Shown here: positions 10,693 through 20,439 of the stretch, piece by piece
Layout of the letters: every line of letters begins with the position of its first letter
Numbering within the stretch: the stretch's first letter is position 1
Origin: Candidatus Cacconaster scatequi
GTDB taxonomy: Bacteria; Bacteroidota; Bacteroidia; Bacteroidales; UBA932
Direction: 5' to 3'
Length of the DNA: 64,000 nt
Assembly: GCA_018065305.1 (NCBI GenBank)
Contig: JAGHTO010000014.1
Location: 6,243-70,242 of the forward strand
Notes under the pieces: generated by a model
Told to the model about the DNA's origin: nothing
What the model saw: the letters and a program-made list of their open reading frames with translations, nothing else
Databases searched by the model: none
Made by a program: the position numbers and the translations under genes

Positions 10693-11448
10693 ATGTTGAG
10701 AGAAGAGACTGTATTCGGGCCGATAAGGTCCAGGAGATTGGGCAATTCGCTTGGAATAAACCTTTTGCCGGTCAACGGCAAGGTATGCAACTTCGATTGC
10801 GTCTATTGTGAATGCGGATGGAACAGGGATGGCAGGGATGACACTCTCCTGCCCTCCCCTGAGAAGGTGCACACGGCGCTTGAGGAGAAACTCAAGGTTC
10901 TTTGCAAGGAGGGGACGCCCATCGACTCCATCACTTTCAGCGGTGACGGCGAACCCACCCTGAACCCCGGATTTCCGGAGATAATAGATGACGTCCTCTC
11001 GCTGAGGGACATTTATTGTCCGGCGGCTACCGTTTCAGTCCTTTCAAACGCCACCCGCGTGCATATTCCGGGGGTTTTCACCGCACTGTGCAAGGTGGAC
11101 AATCCCATTATGAAAATCGATGCGCCGACCAATGAGCTTGCCGCACTGATAAACAATCCTGCACCGGGCTACGACGTTCGGAAGGTCGTGGAGGCTCTGA
11201 AGAAATTCAACGGGAATTTCATCCTTCAGACAATGTTCCTCCGCAGCCCCGTGTTCGATTCTTCAGCGCCGGAAGTGCTTGGCGGATGGATGAATATCGT
11301 CAGGCTTCTGCGGCCACGGCAGATAATGGTCTATACCATCGACCGGCCCACCCCCGACGAGAGCCTGGTCAAATTCACGGAAGCGGAGATGAAAAATATG
11401 GTCACTCCCCTGCTTGCAGAAGGATTCAATATCCAGATTAAAGGTTAA
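10693..11448 (+). CDS. Radical SAM protein (function unknown)
   Basis: A CxxxCxxC cluster motif (CNFDCVYCECGW) lies near the N-terminus, with GDGEPTL downstream. Confidence 0.75.
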   Translation: MLREETVFGPIRSRRLGNSLGINLLPVNGKVCNFDCVYCECGWNRDGRDDTLLPSPEKVHTALEEKLKVLCKEGTPIDSITFSGDGEPTLNPGFPEIIDDVLSLRDIYCPAATVSVLSNATRVHIPGVFTALCKVDNPIMKIDAPTNELAALINNPAPGYDVRKVVEALKKFNGNFILQTMFLRSPVFDSSAPEVLGGWMNIVRLLRPRQIMVYTIDRPTPDESLVKFTEAEMKNMVTPLLAEGFNIQIKG

Positions 11449-11466
11449 TTTATTAAATTTGTGTAT

Positions 11467-12945
11467 ATGTATTCTCTAGGTATTGATATTGGCTCTTCGT
11501 CCATAAAGGTGGCCCTTTTGGACATCGAATCCGGCAAACTCGCCGCCTCATCCACCAACCCCTCCCGGGAAATGCCAATCAGCGCCCCACAGAAGGGCTT
11601 TGCGGAACAGGACCCGGAAATGTGGTGGAAATATGTCTGCGAAGGCATCCACGACCTTGCCTCCAAGTGCAATCTCGCAGAAGTGAAATCAATCGGCGTC
11701 ACCTACCAGATGCACGGCCTTGTGGCAGTGGACAAACAGGTCTCCCCTCTCCGGGACTCCATCATCTGGTGCGACTCCAGGGCCGTGTCCATAGGTGCAC
11801 AGGCTTTTGAAAAGCTCGGCCCCGAAAGATGCCTCGGACACCTGCTCAATTCTCCGGGCAACTTCACAGCCTCAAAACTGGCCTGGGTCAGGGAGAACCA
11901 GCCGGAAATCTACCGCCGTGTCTGGAAATTCATGCTGCCCGGAGACTACATCGTGCACAAGCTGACAGGAACAGTCTCCACAACCGAAACCGGTCTGTCA
12001 GAACAGATTCTCTGGGATTTCAGGAATTCCCGCCGTGCAGATTTCGTCGCGGAACATTTCGGAATTGACACATCCCTCATCCCGGAAATCGCCCCTTCCA
12101 TCGGAATTGCGGCACAGACGACTGAAGAATTCCATAAGCTGACAGGAATACCAGCAGGCACCCCGGTATCATACAGGGCGGGTGACCAGCCCAACAACGC
12201 CTTCTCCCTGAACGTGCTCAATCCCGGGGAGATTGCCGCCACGGGAGGGACAAGCGGAGTGGTCTATGGAGTCACGGACGTCCCGAAGGCGGACACTGCG
12301 AGCAGGGTGAACACCTTCCTGCACGTCAACAGCACCGCCTCCTCCCCCAGACTCGGAGTCCTGCTATGCATAAACGGAACAGGAATAATGAACTCCTGGG
12401 TCCATCACAACATATCTCCCGAAAACGGCTATGCCGAAATGAACGAGATTGCACTGACCGCTCCGGTCGGATGCGACGGTCTCTCCGTGATTCCTTTCGG
12501 CAACGGAGCCGAGAGAGTGCTTTGCAACGCCACTGCCGGAGCATCGTTCAACGGTCTGGACCTTGTCCGACACAACCGCTCCCATATCCTCCGGGCAGTG
12601 CAGGAAGGGATAGCATATTCCTTCAGATACGGTATCGACATTATGAAAGAGCTCGGGCTTGCCCCTGCCGTCATCAGGGCGGGCAAAGCCAACCTCTTCC
12701 TCAGTCCTCTCTTCAGAACCACTCTGGCAACGCTGACGGACGCGCGAATCGAACTGTTCGACACCGACGGAGCCCTTGGAGCCGCACGCGGAGCAGCTTT
12801 GGGAGCAGGCATCTACAAATCGGAACAGGAAGCATTCTCGACCCTGACAAAAGTCGGCGAGGTTGAACCCGAACCTTCCTGGAAACAGGCTCTTGAAGAG
12901 ACATACTCCAACTGGAAACGAATACTTGACAAATCACTAATCTAA
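11467..12945 (+). CDS. xylB: Xylulokinase (FGGY carbohydrate kinase)
   Basis: FGGY N-terminal motif [11 protein letters not shown] is present. The gene lies immediately upstream of xylA. The ATG at 11467 is preferred over the GTG at 11461. Confidence 0.8.
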   Translation: MYSLGIDIGSSSIKVALLDIESGKLAASSTNPSREMPISAPQKGFAEQDPEMWWKYVCEGIHDLASKCNLAEVKSIGVTYQMHGLVAVDKQVSPLRDSIIWCDSRAVSIGAQAFEKLGPERCLGHLLNSPGNFTASKLAWVRENQPEIYRRVWKFMLPGDYIVHKLTGTVSTTETGLSEQILWDFRNSRRADFVAEHFGIDTSLIPEIAPSIGIAAQTTEEFHKLTGIPAGTPVSYRAGDQPNNAFSLNVLNPGEIAATGGTSGVVYGVTDVPKADTASRVNTFLHVNSTASSPRLGVLLCINGTGIMNSWVHHNISPENGYAEMNEIALTAPVGCDGLSVIPFGNGAERVLCNATAGASFNGLDLVRHNRSHILRAVQEGIAYSFRYGIDIMKELGLAPAVIRAGKANLFLSPLFRTTLATLTDARIELFDTDGALGAARGAALGAGIYKSEQEAFSTLTKVGEVEPEPSWKQALEETYSNWKRILDKSLI

Positions 12946-12952
12946 TATTACT

Positions 12953-14266
12953 ATGGCAACAAAAGAGTACTTTCCTGAAATAGGAAAAATCAAATTCGAA
13001 GGAAAAGAATCAAAGAACCCCCTTGCGTTCCACTACTATGACCCCGAGAAAGTTGTGGCCGGCAAGAAGATGAAGGAGTGGCTCAAGTTCGCGATGGCAT
13101 GGTGGCACACCCTATGCGCGGAAGGTGCCGACCAGTTCGGCGGCGGCACCAAGACTTTCCCCTGGAATGACAGCGCCAATCCCGTGGAACGTGCCAAACA
13201 CAAAGTTGACGCAGGTTTCGAGATTATGACAAAACTCGGCATCGAATATTTCTGCTTCCACGACGTGGATCTTGTCGACGAAGCCGACACAATCGAGGGC
13301 TATGAGGCCAATCTGAAGGAGGTTGTCGCCTATGTCAAGTCGAAGATGGCCGGAACAGGCATCAAGAACCTCTGGGGTACGGCCAACGTATTCGGTCATA
13401 AGAGATATATGAACGGTGCGGCGACAAACCCCGATTTCGACACGGCGGCCCGCGCTATGGTCCAGATAAAGAACGCCATCGATGCCACCATCGAACTTGG
13501 TGGAGAGTGCTATGTATTCTGGGGCGGCCGCGAAGGCTACTGCACCCTGCTCAACACCGACATGAAGCGCGAAAAGGAACATCTGGCGACAATGCTCTCA
13601 ATGGCACGCGACTATGCCCGCAAGAAGGGATTCAAAGGCACATTCCTTATCGAGCCCAAACCGATGGAGCCCACCAAACATCAATATGACGTTGATACGG
13701 AGACCGTTATCGGATTCCTCAAGGCCCACGGTCTTGACAAGGACTTCAAGGTCAACATCGAGGTGAACCACGCAACTCTCGCCGGACACACTTTCGAGCA
13801 CGAACTGCAGTGTGCCGCCGATGCCGGACTTCTCGGCTCCATTGACGCGAACAGAGGTGACTATCAGAACGGATGGGACACCGACCAGTTCCCCATCGAC
13901 ATTTACGAGCTGGTTCAGGCAATGCTGGTAGTTATCCGCAACGGAGGTCTCGTAGGAGGCAGCAACTTCGATGCTAAACTGCGCCGCAACTCAACCGACC
14001 CCGAAGACATATTCATCGCACATATCTCCGGTATGGATGCAATGGCACGCGCTCTTGAGGTGGCTGCCGAAATATTGGAGAAATCTCCCGTGGAGAAGAT
14101 GCGCGCCGAGCGTTACGCATCATTCGACAGCGGTGTCGGAAAACGTTTCGAGAATGGAGAACTGACTCTTGAGGAAGTTGTCGAATACGCGAAAGGAAAG
14201 GGCGAGCCCAAAGCTGTCAGCGGAAAGCAGGAGCTCTACGAGACAATAATCAATATGTATATCTAA
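12953..14266 (+). CDS. xylA: Xylose isomerase
   Basis: Class II XylA signature blocks are present ([39 protein letters not shown]). Confidence 0.95.
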   Translation: MATKEYFPEIGKIKFEGKESKNPLAFHYYDPEKVVAGKKMKEWLKFAMAWWHTLCAEGADQFGGGTKTFPWNDSANPVERAKHKVDAGFEIMTKLGIEYFCFHDVDLVDEADTIEGYEANLKEVVAYVKSKMAGTGIKNLWGTANVFGHKRYMNGAATNPDFDTAARAMVQIKNAIDATIELGGECYVFWGGREGYCTLLNTDMKREKEHLATMLSMARDYARKKGFKGTFLIEPKPMEPTKHQYDVDTETVIGFLKAHGLDKDFKVNIEVNHATLAGHTFEHELQCAADAGLLGSIDANRGDYQNGWDTDQFPIDIYELVQAMLVVIRNGGLVGGSNFDAKLRRNSTDPEDIFIAHISGMDAMARALEVAAEILEKSPVEKMRAERYASFDSGVGKRFENGELTLEEVVEYAKGKGEPKAVSGKQELYETIINMYI

Positions 14267-14277
14267 AAATCCGACCT

Positions 14278-14766
14278 ATGCGTACGGCAGTATTTCCCGG
14301 CTCGTTCGATCCGTTCACTCTGGGCCATCTGGATGTCTTGAATTCATCCCTCAAACTGTTTGACAAAGTGATTGTCGCAGTGGGCTACAACAGCGGCAAG
14401 AAAGGGTTTTTCCCTCCCCAGACCAGAGTGGAGATTATCAGGCAGGCAATTGGAGAGAACCCGAGAGTCGAAATTTGTTCATACACCGGATTGACCGTCG
14501 ACCTTTGCAAGGATAAGAAAGCTGATTTCATCGTCAGAGGGCTGAGGACAACCACCGACTTTGACCTTGAGAGCGTAATATCCCAGGCAAACAGGACGAT
14601 GAAGCCGGAACTGCTGACCGTATTCATCCCGGCGGGACACGAATATTCCTTCATCTCCTCCACTGTAGTGAGAGACCTCATCGTCAATGGAGGAGATGCT
14701 TCGGGATTCCTTCCGAAAGGAGTCGACATATCAGGATTCATCGAGCAGAGCAGACGGGACAAGTGA
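14278..14766 (+). CDS. coaD: Phosphopantetheine adenylyltransferase
   Basis: Contains AVFPGSFDPFTLGHLD (the T/HxGH nucleotidyltransferase motif). The size of about 160 aa fits. Confidence 0.9.
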   Translation: MRTAVFPGSFDPFTLGHLDVLNSSLKLFDKVIVAVGYNSGKKGFFPPQTRVEIIRQAIGENPRVEICSYTGLTVDLCKDKKADFIVRGLRTTTDFDLESVISQANRTMKPELLTVFIPAGHEYSFISSTVVRDLIVNGGDASGFLPKGVDISGFIEQSRRDK

Positions 14767-16274
14767 AAAGGAAGCTGCTGTATATCATTCTGTTTCTGAC
14801 AGCGTCAACGATGCTGTCACAGGCTCAGGACACGCTTTCGGTACACGATTCCGTGAAAGAGTATTATGCCTCGATTGCGATGCTTCCCGCAGACACGATA
14901 TGCGACAGGGTTGACAAACTCATAGCACAGATTGACTCCGCTTCCGGCAACCGCGCGGCCGCCGCAGGACTTGCATACGACTATTACAACTCCTGTCCCA
15001 TAATGGGAACGGAAGCCGTATCCGTCTATGTGGCTGAGAATTACTTTCTCAACGGCAGACTCAAATGGCCCGACGAAGCCACCTTCCCCTGGCTTACCAC
15101 CTTCGTCGAATTCACGAAAAGTTCACTGCTGGGCCGTCCGGCTCCCGAACTGGAGCTGAAGGATGCCGACGGGCAAACCGTCAGTTTCAGAAACATAGAC
15201 TCCCCTTTCAAGGTTCTCTATTTCTACGAGCCGGGATGCTCCTCCTGCGCCAGATATACGGCCGGCTTGAAACAATTTCTGAGCAGCTATGACGGCGAGC
15301 CTCTTTGCCTTGTGGCGGTGAATACGGCAAGCGACTCTGGCGCGTGGGGCAGTTATATCAAGGCGAATTTCGACAGCTTGGCAAATCCAAAGGTGCGGGT
15401 GGTGAACCTGTGGGACCCTGACGCCGAAAGCCTGATGCACAAGAAATACGGCATTTTTACCACCCCGATGATGTACCTGATGGACAATCAGAACATCATA
15501 ATAGGAAGAAAAATCAACGCAAAGAACCTGGCCCAATTGATGGGAATCAAGAATAAGGACGTCAAGGATTATCTTGAGCTGTTCGACAAGATTTTCAGCA
15601 ATCTGGAGCCCTTGATGACAGAGGACGTGGACCTTCTTGCAAAAGACCTCTACAAGAAGGTCGATGGAGATACCACTCTCTACAGGGAAGTGTTTTACAA
15701 CCTTTTCAACTACCTCAGGTCAGGCCGGCAGTATGCGCTGCAGCAGGGGGCAGTCAATGTAGCCAGGGACTATATCATAGGTGAACCCTGGTACTGGTCG
15801 GAGGAATTCATTGACAGGATATCCTACGCACTGGAGAAGGAGAAGTTGAATCCCGTCTTTTCGCAGGCAAAGAATCTGCTGCTTCACAACTCCAAGGGAA
15901 AGTTGTCAACCCTCCATGACGAATGTGGTCCCGAATTTACTCTGGTATTCTTTCACCTTGTATCCTGTGAGGAGTGCGAAGCTATGGCCGGGGACCTGAT
16001 AAAAATCAAATCCCTTCTTAACTCCTACGGCATCCGGGTGGTGGCCGTTTATACCGGCAAAGATGAAAAGCTGTGGAGAGAGTTCGTGAAGAAAGGTCCG
16101 AAAAACTGGCGTTACCTCTGGGACAAGAACGGAGAGAGCGAAATGCACCGTCTCTATGACCTGGAGTATGTCCCCCATCTCTACCTGCTCGACGACAACA
16201 AGACCATCATAGCCAAAGACATTGACGTTGAGACGCTGAAAAAAATTCTCAACCAGCCCGTCATTCTGCAGTAA
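14763..16274 (+). CDS. Exported thioredoxin-fold (TlpA/AhpC-like) protein with two CxxC motifs
   Basis: GTG start overlapping the coaD stop. It has a signal peptide (MKRKLLYIILFLTASTMLSQA) and two thioredoxin-like segments with CSSC and CEEC motifs. Confidence 0.6.
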   Translation: MKRKLLYIILFLTASTMLSQAQDTLSVHDSVKEYYASIAMLPADTICDRVDKLIAQIDSASGNRAAAAGLAYDYYNSCPIMGTEAVSVYVAENYFLNGRLKWPDEATFPWLTTFVEFTKSSLLGRPAPELELKDADGQTVSFRNIDSPFKVLYFYEPGCSSCARYTAGLKQFLSSYDGEPLCLVAVNTASDSGAWGSYIKANFDSLANPKVRVVNLWDPDAESLMHKKYGIFTTPMMYLMDNQNIIIGRKINAKNLAQLMGIKNKDVKDYLELFDKIFSNLEPLMTEDVDLLAKDLYKKVDGDTTLYREVFYNLFNYLRSGRQYALQQGAVNVARDYIIGEPWYWSEEFIDRISYALEKEKLNPVFSQAKNLLLHNSKGKLSTLHDECGPEFTLVFFHLVSCEECEAMAGDLIKIKSLLNSYGIRVVAVYTGKDEKLWREFVKKGPKNWRYLWDKNGESEMHRLYDLEYVPHLYLLDDNKTIIAKDIDVETLKKILNQPVILQ

Positions 16275-16983
16275 CCGAATCCCGAAATTTCCTCATCCCT
16301 GAAGTTGCCACATCTTTGATATGGGTAACACCCCATATGGCTCCCGCGGGTTCATCCGCAGGGTCAATCATATAGATTCTGCACTTTGACGGAGCATACC
16401 TGTGGAGCATCGCGGCAGGATAGACCTGCATCGATGTCCCTATCACCAGCAGGATATCCGCCTCCTGCACGATTGCAGCCGCCTTCTCAAGATTGGGAAC
16501 AGCCTCCCCGAACCAGACTATATGGGGACGGAGCTGCCTGCTACGAGGGCCACCGGTCTCACCCATATTCACCGGACGATATCCAATGTCGGACACATAT
16601 TTCATCGAGTAGCCGTCCCTGTCCGTATAGCAGTCTTCCGGGCGGACCTTCGTCAATTCCCCGTGAAGATGCAGGACATTGCGGCTGCCTGCCCTCTCGT
16701 GAAGATTGTCGACGTTCTGGGTAATCACACCTACATCAAAGGAGTTTTCGAGTTCCACTATTATCCTGTGAGCATCGTTCGGCTCAACCTCGCTCAACTG
16801 AGCTCTGCGCTTATTGTAGAAATCCAATACTTTGCCGGGATTTCGATACCACCCCTCCGGGGTGCATATCTCCTCCACCGGCACATTGTCCCAAAGGCCG
16901 TTTCCTCCACGGAAGGTGGAGATTCCAGACTCGGCGCTGATGCCGGAACCGGAAAGTACGACAAGTTTCCTCTTTTCTGCCAT
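16261..16983 (-). CDS. cobB: NAD-dependent protein deacylase (Sir2/CobB family)
   Basis: Sirtuin motifs GSGISAESGISTFRG, ITQNVDNLHERAG and HLHGEL are present. Confidence 0.85.
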   Translation of the reverse strand: MAEKRKLVVLSGSGISAESGISTFRGGNGLWDNVPVEEICTPEGWYRNPGKVLDFYNKRRAQLSEVEPNDAHRIIVELENSFDVGVITQNVDNLHERAGSRNVLHLHGELTKVRPEDCYTDRDGYSMKYVSDIGYRPVNMGETGGPRSRQLRPHIVWFGEAVPNLEKAAAIVQEADILLVIGTSMQVYPAAMLHRYAPSKCRIYMIDPADEPAGAIWGVTHIKDVATSGMRKFRDSVTAE

Positions 16984-16995
16984 ATTTGTAACAAA

Positions 16996-17025
16996 TCAGC
17001 CAGTCAGATGGCTCTGGCTGGCTGA
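16996..17025 (-). terminator. Stem-loop downstream of gap (possible intrinsic terminator)
   Basis: TCAGCCAG..CTGGCTGA arms are followed on the minus strand by a T-rich stretch (TTTGTT). Confidence 0.45.
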
Positions 17026-17044
17026 AAATTATGTGTTTTACAAA

Positions 17045-18067
<1,023 letters not shown>

Positions 18068-18144
18068 TTAAGTTTGATTTGTTTCCTAAAGCGCCGCAAA
18101 AGTACAAAAAATATTCCTTACCACGGCAAATTACTACAAAAACT

Positions 18145-19062
18145 TTACGCCTGTTCCCACTGTGAACGGATAAGTTCAACTGCCGCAGGAACACTGATTT
18201 CACGCTCACCTTTGCAGCCGCACTCGAAACTGACATATTTGTCATAGCCGATCTCCTTGAGTGCGCGGAATCCGTCAACGTAATTGTCCTTGTCACCGTC
18301 CTCACCCGGCATGCAGCGGTTGCCACGGCTTGCCATATGAACGTGCTGCAGATACTTCGTACCTGCCGCGATGAAGGCTGCATAGTCGGAAGTCTCCTCC
18401 TTCATATGCCAGAAGTCTCCCATACATTTCACGCCTTCGCAATTGACGTCGCGGCAGATTGCCGCGGCATCGGACACAAGTCGCAGATAATGGCACTCCT
18501 CACGGTTCAGCGGCTCAAGAATGACCGTTGTTCCACATTTCAGAGCATATTCACCTAGTTTGGCAAGTTCTTCGACGAGGAACTCCCTTGTCTCTCTTGT
18601 ATGGGGTTTGCAGGGGAGCTGACCGTTGAATGCGGGAACCATTATGACACCGGTGGAGCCGAGCTGTCCGGCCGCGGCGATTATCTCACGCATTGTGGTG
18701 TCGAATGCCGCCTTCTCAGCAGGATCCTCCGCAAGGATGAAACCGTCAAAACCTGCACAGATTGCAGAAACTTTGATATTACGTCCCTTGAGCGCATCCT
18801 GAATCTCCTGAACGCGTTTTGCAAGGTCCCTTCCACCCGGCTCGAAACCTACGACGCCAAGTTCCTCCATAAAATCGAACTTCTCGTTGAGGCTCTCGCC
18901 CGGAGCAATCCCTTCCTGGAATGATATGTTGAGGGGTATGTCATTTTTCTTCACGGGAGCTGTCTTGCCGCAGCAGGATGAAAGAGAAGCCACACCGCTG
19001 CCGGCAACGGCTGCCGCCGTCAGTCCGAAGGAAGATGTCTTTATGAAATTTCTTCTGTCCAT
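18145..19062 (-). CDS. TAT-exported xylose-isomerase-like TIM-barrel protein (sugar phosphate isomerase/epimerase family)
   Basis: A twin-arginine signal (MDRRNFIKTSSFGLTAAAVAG) is present. AP_endonuc_2-like blocks are seen (ILEPLNREE.., ..HVHMASRGNR..). It is the last gene of a three-gene minus-strand cluster. Confidence 0.7.
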   Translation of the reverse strand: MDRRNFIKTSSFGLTAAAVAGSGVASLSSCCGKTAPVKKNDIPLNISFQEGIAPGESLNEKFDFMEELGVVGFEPGGRDLAKRVQEIQDALKGRNIKVSAICAGFDGFILAEDPAEKAAFDTTMREIIAAAGQLGSTGVIMVPAFNGQLPCKPHTRETREFLVEELAKLGEYALKCGTTVILEPLNREECHYLRLVSDAAAICRDVNCEGVKCMGDFWHMKEETSDYAAFIAAGTKYLQHVHMASRGNRCMPGEDGDKDNYVDGFRALKEIGYDKYVSFECGCKGEREISVPAAVELIRSQWEQA

Positions 19063-19088
19063 AATGAAATTCTTTTTCTCCTTATGAT

Positions 19089-20429
19089 TTACTCTTCAGC
19101 CGATCCGGGAACAGCCACCTTGTATTCAGACATAGGCATTGCGCCGAGTTCGAGTTTGGCAGGCATATAGTCGAGGTCGGAATTGCTGATGGTATCCCAC
19201 TCGACGGTCTGTCCGGTATATGCGGCTTCACGGCCCATCACGCCAGCAAGGCTTGAGATTCCGGTCTCACCGGCCTCAACGTGTCCCTCGCCTCTTCTGA
19301 TGTGGTTCACCCAATCAACGTGCTCCAATACATAGGGATCGAACTGAGTATATTTGGGATCATCCTCATATTTCCAGATGACATTGCCCTTGAGGTCCTT
19401 GATGACGTGTTCGTCGCTGTTCCAGCTTCCCTTCGTACCCTGGATGAACTCGGAGACGTTGGTGCTTGTCCCGTCTATCTGGCGGCACATACTGTGAAGA
19501 TGGATTCCGTTCTCGAATTCGAAATCGACGCTGAACTGGTCATACTGGTCACCTGTTTTGCGGCGATGTCTTGCACCGATTGCCGTAGCCTTAACAGGAT
19601 GCATTCCAGCCATCCAGAGGAATACGTCAATATTGTGGACGTGCTGCTCTACGATATGGTCTCCAGAGAGCCATTTCCAGTTGACCCAGTCGCGAATCAT
19701 CCATTCCATATCGCTCCAGCCCTTTTCGCGTTCGCGATACCAGAGCATGCCCTGATTCCAATATACGTTACCGCCGGTAATCTCACCGATTGCACCTTCC
19801 TGAATGAGTTTGAAAGCCTCTACGTAAGGGCGCTGGTGATGACGCTGAGTACCTGTGACAACGCTCAAACCCTTTGCTTCAGCCTGCTTTGCGGCGGCCA
19901 TAATTGTACGGTAGCCTTTGGCATCGACTGCGATAGGTTTCTCAAGGAATGAGTGAACTCCCTTCTCAGTGGCATATTTGAAGTGCTCGGGGCGGAATAC
20001 GGGAGGAGTTGCGATGATGACCATATCGACTCCGCTGTCGATGACCTTCTTGTATGCATCGAAACCGACGAATACGCGCTCGGGGGCGACTTGCTGACCT
20101 CTCTCGCCGATAGTTTCCTGGAAACTGGCGATTCTGTCCGCGAAAACGTCACCCGCAGCATAGACGGTGATGCCGTCAGCTGCATCGAGGAGGTTGATGG
20201 TTGCGCCTGTGGCACGTCCGCCGCATCCGATGACGCCCACTTTCAATTCACGACCGGCATCAGCCTTGTCGGGAAGTTCGGGAACGTAATAGGAGCCTGC
20301 AGGGCGAAGAGGCGTATTGCCGCTCCCCTTGGTGCAGGATGAAAGGATTGAAGGAGCCACTACTGCGCCGGCTCCGATGACTGCTGACATTGAGAGAAAC
20401 TCTCTGCGGTTTAAATTTTTGCTGCTCAT
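19089..20429 (-). CDS. TAT-exported Gfo/Idh/MocA family oxidoreductase
   Basis: A twin-arginine signal (NRREFLSMSAVIGAGAVVA) is followed by a Rossmann motif (KVGVIGCGGRATG) and the EKP motif (FLEKPIA). Confidence 0.8.
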   Translation of the reverse strand: MSSKNLNRREFLSMSAVIGAGAVVAPSILSSCTKGSGNTPLRPAGSYYVPELPDKADAGRELKVGVIGCGGRATGATINLLDAADGITVYAAGDVFADRIASFQETIGERGQQVAPERVFVGFDAYKKVIDSGVDMVIIATPPVFRPEHFKYATEKGVHSFLEKPIAVDAKGYRTIMAAAKQAEAKGLSVVTGTQRHHQRPYVEAFKLIQEGAIGEITGGNVYWNQGMLWYREREKGWSDMEWMIRDWVNWKWLSGDHIVEQHVHNIDVFLWMAGMHPVKATAIGARHRRKTGDQYDQFSVDFEFENGIHLHSMCRQIDGTSTNVSEFIQGTKGSWNSDEHVIKDLKGNVIWKYEDDPKYTQFDPYVLEHVDWVNHIRRGEGHVEAGETGISSLAGVMGREAAYTGQTVEWDTISNSDLDYMPAKLELGAMPMSEYKVAVPGSAEE

Positions 20430-20439
20430 AATATTATGG

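Noticed and set aside
10693-11448. A radical SAM gene next to gcvP considered as part of a RiPP or modification cluster.
   Set aside because: There is no adjacent precursor-peptide-like small ORF, peptidase, transporter or SPASM-type extra Cys clusters. The neighbours are unrelated housekeeping genes in the same orientation.
16261-16983. A Sir2-domain protein considered as a possible defence effector (Thoeris, DSR or pAgo-associated SIR2).
   Set aside because: It is a short, stand-alone CobB-type sirtuin with all the deacylase motifs and no fused sensor domain. It has no ThsB/TIR, Argonaute or helicase partner, and it is embedded among housekeeping genes.
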